32,000 bases of DNA from Candidatus Saganbacteria bacterium. Lineage in GTDB: Bacteria; Margulisbacteria; WOR-1; JAKLHX01. Of this stretch, positions 1 to 6,973 are shown piece after piece (position 1 is the first letter of the stretch; the number at the start of each line of letters is the position of its first letter). The notes beneath the pieces were generated by a model that did not search any database, had not been told where the DNA came from, and saw only the letters and a list, made by a program, of their open reading frames with translations. Position numbers and translations under genes: made by a program. Where the stretch lies: the NCBI GenBank assembly GCA_026387835.1, contig JAPLKZ010000013.1:1-32000 (forward strand). Direction: 5' to 3'.

Positions 1-2
1 GC

Positions 3-428
3 AAATTTCTAATGGAAACAACTGGCAGGAAGTTCGGTCTGCTTACAGAAGCACAATGGGAATTCGCGGCAAGAGGGACTGAAGGAAGAATATATCCGTG
101 GGGAAATGAGTCGTATGAAGGGCGCGTTAATTTCAATAACACAGGAACAACTCCTGTCAACAAATTTCCGACGGGCGCGACTCCTTCAGGGATATTTGAT
201 ATGGCGGGTAATGTATGGGAATGGGTACAGAATTGGTATGCGAGTAGATATGATCCAAAAGATTTAACGAATCCTAAAGGGCCGGACAACGGTACTAATA
301 GGGTGTTGCGCGGCGGTTCCTGGTATAGCAACAATTCTGATGAACTGATGGCCGCGTACCGGAGCATCGACAAACCGGGGAAACAGTGCGACAATATCGG
401 CTTCCGCCTCGCCGAAGACTTAGGTTAA
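3..428 (+). CDS. Formylglycine-generating enzyme (FGE/SUMF1) family domain protein, C-terminal part; 5' end outside the window
   Basis: The frame is open from base 3, with no stop before the listed ATG at 12. The translation shows FGE-sulfatase domain hallmarks: YPWGN, AGNVWEWV, RVLRGGSW, and GFRL near the C terminus. Confidence 0.8.
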   Translation, partial: KFLMETTGRKFGLLTEAQWEFAARGTEGRIYPWGNESYEGRVNFNNTGTTPVNKFPTGATPSGIFDMAGNVWEWVQNWYASRYDPKDLTNPKGPDNGTNRVLRGGSWYSNNSDELMAAYRSIDKPGKQCDNIGFRLAEDLG

Positions 429-447
429 CACCTTTTGTCCTTTGCCC

Positions 448-467
448 CCTGCCTGCCGGCAGGCAGG
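448..467 (+). terminator. Candidate intrinsic terminator: perfect 20-nt GC-rich palindrome CCTGCCTGCCGGCAGGCAGG
   Basis: It lies 20 nt after the stop at 428. It can form an 8-10 bp GC stem and is followed by CTTTACGCCTTTTCC, an interrupted T-rich tract. Confidence 0.45.
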
Positions 468-552
468 CTTTACGCCTTTTCCGGCGCAAACAATTGGATG
501 TGCATAAATGATTGAATCAATTAATTTGATCACGAAAAAATAAGTTCTCATT

Positions 553-562
553 ATGCTATAAT
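553..562 (+). promoter_or_regulatory. Extended -10 promoter box ATGCTATAAT (TGnTATAAT) directly upstream of gmk
   Basis: TATAAT at 557-562 has TG at 554-555. Only 7 nt (563-569) separate it from the gmk ATG and no Shine-Dalgarno is present. The same 10-mer recurs at 1150, 5352 and 10166 (minus strand). Confidence 0.55.
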
Positions 563-569
563 TTCAATA

Positions 570-1193
570 ATGCCGCATAAAAAAGCCAAAGTTAAACAGA
601 AAAAAGGTCTACTGGTGGTCATTTCCGGACCTTCGGGGGTCGGGAAAAGCACTGTCGTGCGCAGGCTGATGAAGATAGCGCCCGAATACGAACTTTCTAT
701 CTCTTCCACGACAAGGCCGGCAAGACCTGGCGAAAAACACGGCAAGGACTACTTTTTCATACACGAAAAAGATTTCATTGACAGGGTAGAAAAAGATACT
801 TTCTTTGAATGGGCCCAGGTGCACGGCGCGTACTACGGGACATCAAAAAAATTCATCCAGGAGCATCTTGATAAAGGCAATGCCGTCATTTTGGAAGTGG
901 ACGTGCAGGGAGCCTCGACCATAAAGGATTTTGTGACAAAGACGGGCGTGAAGCACGCCAATGCGGTCTTCATATTCCTTATACCGCCTTCGGTAGACAT
1001 ACTCGCCTTCAGGCTTAAGAGGCGCAAGACCGAAAAAGAGGAGCAGGTCAATTACAGGCTGAGGGCGGCGATAGCAGAACTGCAGGTGATGGAAAAGTAC
1101 GATTATATAGTCGTGAACGACAAGGTCGAGTCCGCGGCCGACAAAATAAATGCTATAATTAAGGTAGAAAAAGAAAGGACATTCCTTAATTGA
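570..1193 (+). CDS. gmk: Guanylate kinase
   Basis: P-loop GPSGVGKST, SSTTRPARPGEKHGKDYFF, and a typical length (207 aa). It sits in conserved gmk-rpoZ-coaBC synteny. Confidence 0.93.
   Translation: MPHKKAKVKQKKGLLVVISGPSGVGKSTVVRRLMKIAPEYELSISSTTRPARPGEKHGKDYFFIHEKDFIDRVEKDTFFEWAQVHGAYYGTSKKFIQEHLDKGNAVILEVDVQGASTIKDFVTKTGVKHANAVFIFLIPPSVDILAFRLKRRKTEKEEQVNYRLRAAIAELQVMEKYDYIVVNDKVESAADKINAIIKVEKERTFLN
1150..1159 (+). promoter_or_regulatory. Candidate internal promoter (ATGCTATAAT) inside the 3' end of gmk, upstream of rpoZ
   Basis: Exact copy of the 10-mer found in front of gmk, ORF 5371 and ilvD. Its -10 hexamer ends 30 nt upstream of the rpoZ TTG start. Confidence 0.35.
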
Positions 1194-1498
1194 GCCAACC
1201 AACCATTGATTCATTAATAAAGGTGACAGATAATAAATATCTGCTTTCCAACGCGATCGCGACGCGGGCGAAAGAGATCAGCGAAGGTTCGATCCCGTAT
1301 ATCGACGATTTTAATCCGCTGAACCCGATCGACACGGCAATGAAAGAATTCGCGGCGGGTAAGCTGAAGATCAAGATACTCAGCGGACCGGTCGCAAAGC
1401 CGCTGAAGGTCATCGAGCAGAAGGCAAAGGATTTCTGGACGATAGACAACCTTGAAAAGAAAGAACATAAAAAGGCGAAAAAGACCAAGAGCAAATAG
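1190..1498 (+). CDS. rpoZ: DNA-directed RNA polymerase subunit omega
   Basis: N-terminal DSLIKVTDNKYLLSNAIATRAKEI is the typical RpoZ core. The TTG start overlaps the gmk TGA (TTGA). The position between gmk and coaBC is conserved. The C-terminal tail is lysine-rich. Confidence 0.85.
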   Translation: MSQPTIDSLIKVTDNKYLLSNAIATRAKEISEGSIPYIDDFNPLNPIDTAMKEFAAGKLKIKILSGPVAKPLKVIEQKAKDFWTIDNLEKKEHKKAKKTKSK

Positions 1499-1525
1499 TC
1501 GCCCCTTTTTAAGCCCTGCATCAAC

Positions 1526-2731
1526 ATGGACCTAATAAACAGGCCTCTTCTCAATAAAAAGATAATCCTCGGAGTGACAGGCTGCATAGCAGCGTATAAA
1601 TCCGCCGAGATAGTAAGGCGCCTTAAAAAACTCGGGGCTGATGTCTGGGTCGTGATGACAGCTTCGGCTCAGGAGTTCGTGACCCCGCTTACTTTCAGGA
1701 CACTTTCAGAAAATCCCTGTATAGCAAAGATGTTCGACGAAAATACGGTATCGATGCCTATGCCTCATCTGGCCCTGTCCGATTCCGCAGATCTTCTTCT
1801 GGTCGCGCCGGCAACGGCAAATATTATCGGCAAAGCCGCGGGAGGGATAGCTGATGACGCCCTGTCCACGATAATCATGTCGGTGGAATGTCCAATCGTC
1901 ATGGCGCCGGCAATGAACACGAAGATGTGGAAGAACGCGGCAGTTCAGGAAAATGTAAAAAAGCTCAGGAAACTCGGTTCGATCTTTATCGGTCCTGAAA
2001 AAGGCGAACTTGCCTGCGGCGATATAGGTGAAGGAAGGCTGGCAAATACTGATGATATTATAAAAGCGGTCGTCGATAAGATAGGGATCAAACAGGACCT
2101 TGCGGGGAAAAAGCTGCTGATAACCGCGGGCGGCACAAGAGAGGCGATAGACCCTGTCAGGTTCATCGGGAACCGCTCGTCCGGGAAAATGGGTTTTGCC
2201 ATCGCTGAAGCGGCGCGCAACAGGGGAGCGGATGTCGTCCTTATAAGCGCAAATGCAAATATCAAAGCGCCTGACGGGATAGAACTTGTCAATGTCCAGA
2301 ACGCAAGACAGATGAAAGACGAGGTGTCCAGGCACTTTAAAGACAGCGATATCCTGGTGATGTCGGCCGCGGTATCCGATTTTACACCACAAAAGGCTTC
2401 TTCCGAGAAGATAAAAAAGGGAAAAGAGAACGTCAATATAGGACTCAAGCCGACAGATGACATCCTTTTATCCGTCTCAAAACAAAAAGAGGGGAAAGTG
2501 ATCGTCGGATTCTCCGTGGAAAGCAGGGATCTATTGAAGAATTCAAAAGATAAGCTCAGATCAAAAGACCTCGATATGATAGTTGCAAATGACGTGAGCG
2601 CTTTTGAAGATGACTCATCAAAGGTGACCATCATAAAGAGATCCGGAAAATCTATAGACCTGCCGAGACTTCCCAAGTCAAAATCTGCCGAGAAGATACT
2701 TGATGAGATAGCGCTAAGCTCTAAGCACTAA
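1526..2731 (+). CDS. coaBC: Bifunctional phosphopantothenoylcysteine decarboxylase / phosphopantothenate-cysteine ligase
   Basis: N-terminal flavoprotein half (GVTGCIAAYKS, PAMN). C-terminal CoaB half (ITAGGTREAIDPVRFIGNRSSGKMG, MSAAVSDF). 401 aa. Confidence 0.93.
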   Translation: MDLINRPLLNKKIILGVTGCIAAYKSAEIVRRLKKLGADVWVVMTASAQEFVTPLTFRTLSENPCIAKMFDENTVSMPMPHLALSDSADLLLVAPATANIIGKAAGGIADDALSTIIMSVECPIVMAPAMNTKMWKNAAVQENVKKLRKLGSIFIGPEKGELACGDIGEGRLANTDDIIKAVVDKIGIKQDLAGKKLLITAGGTREAIDPVRFIGNRSSGKMGFAIAEAARNRGADVVLISANANIKAPDGIELVNVQNARQMKDEVSRHFKDSDILVMSAAVSDFTPQKASSEKIKKGKENVNIGLKPTDDILLSVSKQKEGKVIVGFSVESRDLLKNSKDKLRSKDLDMIVANDVSAFEDDSSKVTIIKRSGKSIDLPRLPKSKSAEKILDEIALSSKH

Positions 2732-2801
2732 GTTATAAGTAAATTTGATTAACGGCTTAATCCTTAGCGCTTACAGCTTAGAGCTCAAGAAAGGCGTTCA
2801 A

Positions 2802-4808
2802 ATGTATGCCCAGGTAGTTCTGTCCTATGTCTCCTCTTTTGTCGATAAGCCTTTCACATATTTAATACCAGACAGCCTGACCGGCAAGCTTCAGATCGGA
2901 TCGCAGGTAATTATCCCGTTCGGAAAAAGAAAAGAGGTCGGATATATCGTTGGATTTCTAAAAGAACTTCCCGAAGAGATCAAAGGCATGAAAAGCATCG
3001 AGGATGTCAGGGGCAATGTTCCGTTCTTTTCAGCAGATACTGTAGAAGCGGCAAAATGGATGTCACAGTATTATGTCTCCTTTTTCGGTTCTGCCCTCAG
3101 GACCATGATGATACCAGGGGTTGAGAGTTTCGAAAATAAAAAAGGGAAAAAGAGACTGGAGATAACTCCTGGCCCCGAACCTAAACGGTTCAGCTCCTTT
3201 GACCATTCCGAAAAGACGGAGCCGACGCGTCTTGCCCCGAGCCTGCCGAGGGGTTTAGCGTCGGGCTATAGCATTGTCCTCTTATCCGGTCCCTCCGGTT
3301 CAGGCAAGACCGCGTTCTATATAAAGAGCATAAAAGAAGCATTATCAAAAGGCCTCGGGGCAATAATATTAGTGCCGGAGATCTCGTTTTCAAATCAGCT
3401 TGTTTCAGCGATGAAAGAAGAATTTGCCGGAAAGATCGCCGTGATCCACAGTTCTGTCCCGCAGAAAGAGCTGATCGAGGAATGGAAAAAAATATATTCG
3501 GGCGAATTTAAGGTCGTCCTTGGCACGAGAACGGCTCTTTTTACTCCGGTAAGGGATTTGGGCCTGATAATAATCGATGAAGAAGAAGAATTCACATACA
3601 AACAGGAACAAAACCCCAAATATCATGCGCGTGAAGCGGCATTGTTCATAGCAAAACAGAAAAATATCCCCGTGATCCTGGGTTCCGGCTGTCCGACAGT
3701 CGAGACTTTCTATAAGGCGGATGAAAAAAAATACAGGATCATCAAGTTAGAAAGGAAAAAAGACCTGCCGGCGTTCCCGTTAATTGATATCGTCAATATG
3801 AGGGAAGAGAATAAAAATAAGTTCGGGATACTGAGCAAAAAGCTTGTTGCAGAGATGAGGGCAGTTGTCGAAAAGAACCAAAAGATCATTCTTCTGATAA
3901 ATAGGAGAGGGTTTGCGCCTTTTCTTTTGTGCGAGGAGTGCGGGAACACCATCGTCTGCCCGAACTGTTCCGTTTCTTTATCGTATCATGCGATGGACAA
4001 GAGCCTTCACTGCAGCCGCTGCGGTTTTACCAAGACGGTCCCAGTGGTCTGCCCGAACTGCATGAGCTCGGATGTCAGGTTCATTGGGACCGGTACTCAA
4101 AAGGTGGAAAGGGAAGTCGCAAGATATTTTCCGAAGCTGAAGACGCTGAGGCTCGATAAAGACATCACGGATGTCAAGAAGACCCAGGATGTCGTGATAA
4201 AGATGTTCGCGGAAGGGGACGCGAATATCCTGATAGGGACGCAGATGGCAGTGCGCACCATGGAGCTCACAAAAGTTTCCCTTGCTGGGATCGTCTCGGC
4301 GGACATGGCACTCGGGACCCCGGATTTCAGGGCGGCAGAAAGCACGTTCCAGATGATACTCGAGGTCGCGGGCGTGTCAAAGCGCCATAATATACCGGAA
4401 AAAGTGATAGTCCAGACCTATAACGCTGACCATTATGCCTTTGCCTGCGCGAAGGGATATGATTATGAAAGATTTTACGGTAAAGAGATACTGAACCGCA
4501 GGGAAAGCAAATATCCTCCTTACGGGCAGGTGATAAACCTGATGATCTATGGCAAGAAGCCCGCTTCGGGGCAAAGCGTCGCGGAAGATATCGCGGAAAG
4601 GCTCATCTCATTGAAAAAAGGGATAGAGATCCTGGGACCTGTCCAAACCTCCCTGGCGAAAGTGCGCGGCAGGTCAAGGTGGCAGATATTGATTAAGGGC
4701 AGGGATTTGGATATCATAAAAGATGAGTTGAGGGGTATAGTTTCCGACCCGAAATACCGGAAGGATTACAGCATAAGCGTCGATGTGGACCCGATAAATA
4801 TAGGGTGA
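2802..4808 (+). CDS. priA: Primosomal protein N' (replication restart helicase PriA)
   Basis: Walker A LLSGPSGSGKT, DExx box IIIDEEEE, and a cysteine-rich zinc-binding insert (CEECGNTIVCPNC...CSRCG...CPNC). I prefer the ATG at 2802 (MYAQVVLSYV..., a typical PriA N terminus) over the listed TTG at 2745. Confidence 0.9.
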   Translation: MYAQVVLSYVSSFVDKPFTYLIPDSLTGKLQIGSQVIIPFGKRKEVGYIVGFLKELPEEIKGMKSIEDVRGNVPFFSADTVEAAKWMSQYYVSFFGSALRTMMIPGVESFENKKGKKRLEITPGPEPKRFSSFDHSEKTEPTRLAPSLPRGLASGYSIVLLSGPSGSGKTAFYIKSIKEALSKGLGAIILVPEISFSNQLVSAMKEEFAGKIAVIHSSVPQKELIEEWKKIYSGEFKVVLGTRTALFTPVRDLGLIIIDEEEEFTYKQEQNPKYHAREAALFIAKQKNIPVILGSGCPTVETFYKADEKKYRIIKLERKKDLPAFPLIDIVNMREENKNKFGILSKKLVAEMRAVVEKNQKIILLINRRGFAPFLLCEECGNTIVCPNCSVSLSYHAMDKSLHCSRCGFTKTVPVVCPNCMSSDVRFIGTGTQKVEREVARYFPKLKTLRLDKDITDVKKTQDVVIKMFAEGDANILIGTQMAVRTMELTKVSLAGIVSADMALGTPDFRAAESTFQMILEVAGVSKRHNIPEKVIVQTYNADHYAFACAKGYDYERFYGKEILNRRESKYPPYGQVINLMIYGKKPASGQSVAEDIAERLISLKKGIEILGPVQTSLAKVRGRSRWQILIKGRDLDIIKDELRGIVSDPKYRKDYSISVDVDPINIG

Positions 4809-4846
4809 GTAGGGGGCGGGTTTGAAACCCGCCCGTACAGGCAAAA

Positions 4847-5332
4847 ATGGCAATATTGAATATCCTGGTAAAAGGTAACCCGGTCCTGAAGAAGAAAGCG
4901 AAAGCCGTTAAAAAGGTGACGCTTACGCATGTGAGATTGATGGATGACATGGTGGAGACCATGCGGATCGCGCCGGGTATCGGTCTTGCCGCGCCCCAGG
5001 TGGGCGTTTCGGAGAGGATAATAGTCGTCGAGCTTGAAAATGAATTGTTCCGCCTTGCTAATCCAAAGATAGTAAAAAAATCAGGAAAACAGGTCTGCAT
5101 GGAAGGCTGCCTGAGCGTTCCGGGACTGGAAGGGCCAGTCGAGCGTTATAAAAAGATCTGTGTTACTGGAATGGATAAAGGCGGCAAGCAGGTCAAAATA
5201 GACGCTGAAGGCCTTTTGGCCGTTGTGTTCCAGCACGAGATCGACCATCTTGACGGCATGTTGTTCGTTGAAAGAGTAAAAGACCCCTCCCTTATCAGGC
5301 CGAAAGAGCCGACTAAAGAAGAGACGATATAG
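4847..5332 (+). CDS. def: Peptide deformylase
   Basis: The three canonical motifs are present: GIGLAAPQVG, EGCLSVPG, QHEIDHLDG. Confidence 0.95.
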   Translation: MAILNILVKGNPVLKKKAKAVKKVTLTHVRLMDDMVETMRIAPGIGLAAPQVGVSERIIVVELENELFRLANPKIVKKSGKQVCMEGCLSVPGLEGPVERYKKICVTGMDKGGKQVKIDAEGLLAVVFQHEIDHLDGMLFVERVKDPSLIRPKEPTKEETI

Positions 5333-5351
5333 TCGAGTTTTATATCTCATA

Positions 5352-5361
5352 ATGCTATAAT
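5352..5361 (+). promoter_or_regulatory. Extended -10 promoter box ATGCTATAAT in the def / ORF-5371 spacer
   Basis: TCTCATAATGCTATAAT (5345-5361) matches TCTCATTATGCTATAAT upstream of gmk at 16 of 17 positions. 9 nt separate it from the ATG at 5371, with no Shine-Dalgarno. Confidence 0.5.
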
Positions 5362-5370
5362 CTTTCCAAG

Positions 5371-5712
5371 ATGAAAATCATTTCAGACAGCATCGATAAC
5401 TCGGAGCTTATTGAAACATCCAAAAGGACTTTCGGTAATATGGTCAAAGCCGTTGTCGATATCGATAAAGGGATCATGGCCATAGACGGAGAGCTGCACT
5501 CGGACGAGGAATCACTTCTGATCGAAAACGGCTCAAAACAATCGTCCTTGTGGGGCATTAATATTTATCCCGAAGAAAAAGATGACGGGCGGATCGAGTT
5601 CGATTCCATGATAAATCTGAGGCCGTCCCAAGCGAACAGGTCTCGCTCAGTTGAAAGTCCCGCCATAAGGGATAAGATCATTGAAATAGTAGCCCGTCTG
5701 GTGAAAAGATGA
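5371..5712 (+). CDS. Small conserved hypothetical protein (113 aa); resembles what I recall being annotated as DUF5674, unverified
   Basis: Clean ORF with no competing frame. Its stop overlaps the next start (ATGA at 5709-5712). Contains MVKAVVDIDKGIMAIDGELHSDEE and FDSMINLRPSQANRSRSVE. No catalytic motif recognised. Confidence 0.6.
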   Translation: MKIISDSIDNSELIETSKRTFGNMVKAVVDIDKGIMAIDGELHSDEESLLIENGSKQSSLWGINIYPEEKDDGRIEFDSMINLRPSQANRSRSVESPAIRDKIIEIVARLVKR

Positions 5713-6041
5713 ATTATCAGCATAAAGAGCTTGCTTCAGGAAGATGGAACGCTTTGACATTTTTTGAACAGATGGCGAACATAGGCAGCGAGGTCGAGCG
5801 TTCGATAAAATGGCGCAACGAGGGAAGGCCCGACTATTACAGGCTTTCTTTTGACAGGGCGCTTGAACTTCTTGACCTGACGATATCTGACAAAAGGAAC
5901 GTCCGCAGATTGAAAGAGCTGGCGCGTTTGAGGGAGGTCCTTGCGGATTATTTTGAATACGACAACCAGTACGGCTCGGACGACAAAAAATGGCAAAAGT
6001 ATTTTTATTGTTTTAATTATGCCGCAAGATTAAATAAATGA
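5709..6041 (+). CDS. Small hypothetical protein (110 aa), predicted all-alpha
   Basis: Translationally coupled on both sides (ATGA at 5709-5712 and at 6038-6041). Acidic pairs SEVERS and ELLDL lie about 25 residues apart, loosely reminiscent of MazG-like all-alpha NTP pyrophosphohydrolases. This is a weak inference. Confidence 0.55.
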   Translation: MNYQHKELASGRWNALTFFEQMANIGSEVERSIKWRNEGRPDYYRLSFDRALELLDLTISDKRNVRRLKELARLREVLADYFEYDNQYGSDDKKWQKYFYCFNYAARLNK

Positions 6042-6973
6042 AGATCATATTCTTCGGGACCCCGGCACAGTCCGCTTATGTTTTATTAGAGTTGATATCT
6101 TCCGGTCTTGATATTACAGCCGCAGTCACTTTCCCCGACAAGCCGAAGGGCAGGGGACTAAAATTATCTTCTTCTCCTGTCGCTGATACAGCAAACATGG
6201 ATAAAATTGAGACTTTCAAACCATTGAAAGCCTCTGACCCGGGGTTTATTGAAAGCCTTAAAGATATCAAACCCGACCTGATAGTCGTAGTTGCCTACGG
6301 GAAAATACTGCCCAAATCGATCCTTGAAATACCAAAATACGGATGCATTAATCTTCACACTTCCCTTCTGCCGAAATACCGCGGGCCTTCTCCTATTCAA
6401 GCCGCGCTTCTGAACGGCGACAAAGAAACAGGCGTAACTATAATCAAACTTAACGAAAAAATGGACGAAGGCGATATTATTCTGCAGGAAACAGTCAAAA
6501 TACCGGAAGATGATAATGCCCGGACATTATCGGACAGATTATTCAATGAAGGATCAAAACTACTTATTAAAGTGATCAAAGACATCGAAAGCGGGAAAGC
6601 AAAATTCACTCCACAGGACCATTCAAAAGCTGTTTACTGCAAGATGATAAAGAAGCAGGACGGGGCTATTGATTTCAATAAAAGCGCGGATGAGATCGTG
6701 AATATGATCAGAGCTTTTACCCCATGGCCGGGAGCGTTTGCTGTTTTTAAAGGAAAGAAAGTTAAAATATTAACAGGAGAAGCGGGGAAAACTGGAAATG
6801 GTGATGCCGGACAGGTGAAAGAGATCATTAAAAATAAAGGGATCATCATATCTGCCGGAGAAGGAGAAATATTGATCAAGAGTGTCCAGCCGGAAAACTC
6901 TAAACCGATGAGCGCTGACGATTTCATTAGTGGATATCACGTGCAGGCCGGGGACAGGTTCACTTCTTCCTGA
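6038..6973 (+). CDS. fmt: Methionyl-tRNA formyltransferase
   Basis: MKIIFFGTP N terminus, HTSLLPKYRGPSPIQ formyltransferase motif, and a C-terminal tRNA-binding domain. 311 aa. Confidence 0.93.
   Translation: MKIIFFGTPAQSAYVLLELISSGLDITAAVTFPDKPKGRGLKLSSSPVADTANMDKIETFKPLKASDPGFIESLKDIKPDLIVVVAYGKILPKSILEIPKYGCINLHTSLLPKYRGPSPIQAALLNGDKETGVTIIKLNEKMDEGDIILQETVKIPEDDNARTLSDRLFNEGSKLLIKVIKDIESGKAKFTPQDHSKAVYCKMIKKQDGAIDFNKSADEIVNMIRAFTPWPGAFAVFKGKKVKILTGEAGKTGNGDAGQVKEIIKNKGIIISAGEGEILIKSVQPENSKPMSADDFISGYHVQAGDRFTSS

Noticed and set aside
1286-1295. GGTTCGATCC, resembling a tRNA T-arm
   Set aside because: It lies inside rpoZ in frame (SEGSIPY), and no acceptor or anticodon stems can be drawn around it. 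No tRNA is present in this window.
1945-2676. 243-aa minus-strand ORF (and the 228-aa ORF at 1706-2392) antisense to coaBC
   Set aside because: These are shadow ORFs inside a gene with unmistakable CoaBC motifs on the plus strand. Their translations are low-complexity (Ser/Phe/Ile-rich) with no recognisable domain or RBS.
2717-2726. AGCTCTAAGC repeated at 10190-10199, plus nearby partial inverted matches around 2763-2784
   Set aside because: By my estimate, 10-mer coincidences are expected by the hundreds among all position pairs in 32 kb. The flanks do not extend the match, and the arms are not nested into a hairpin.
2745-2801. TTG-initiated 19-codon extension of priA
   Set aside because: The ATG at 2802 gives MYAQVVLSYV..., the usual PriA N terminus. 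The extension has no support, though I cannot exclude it without an alignment.
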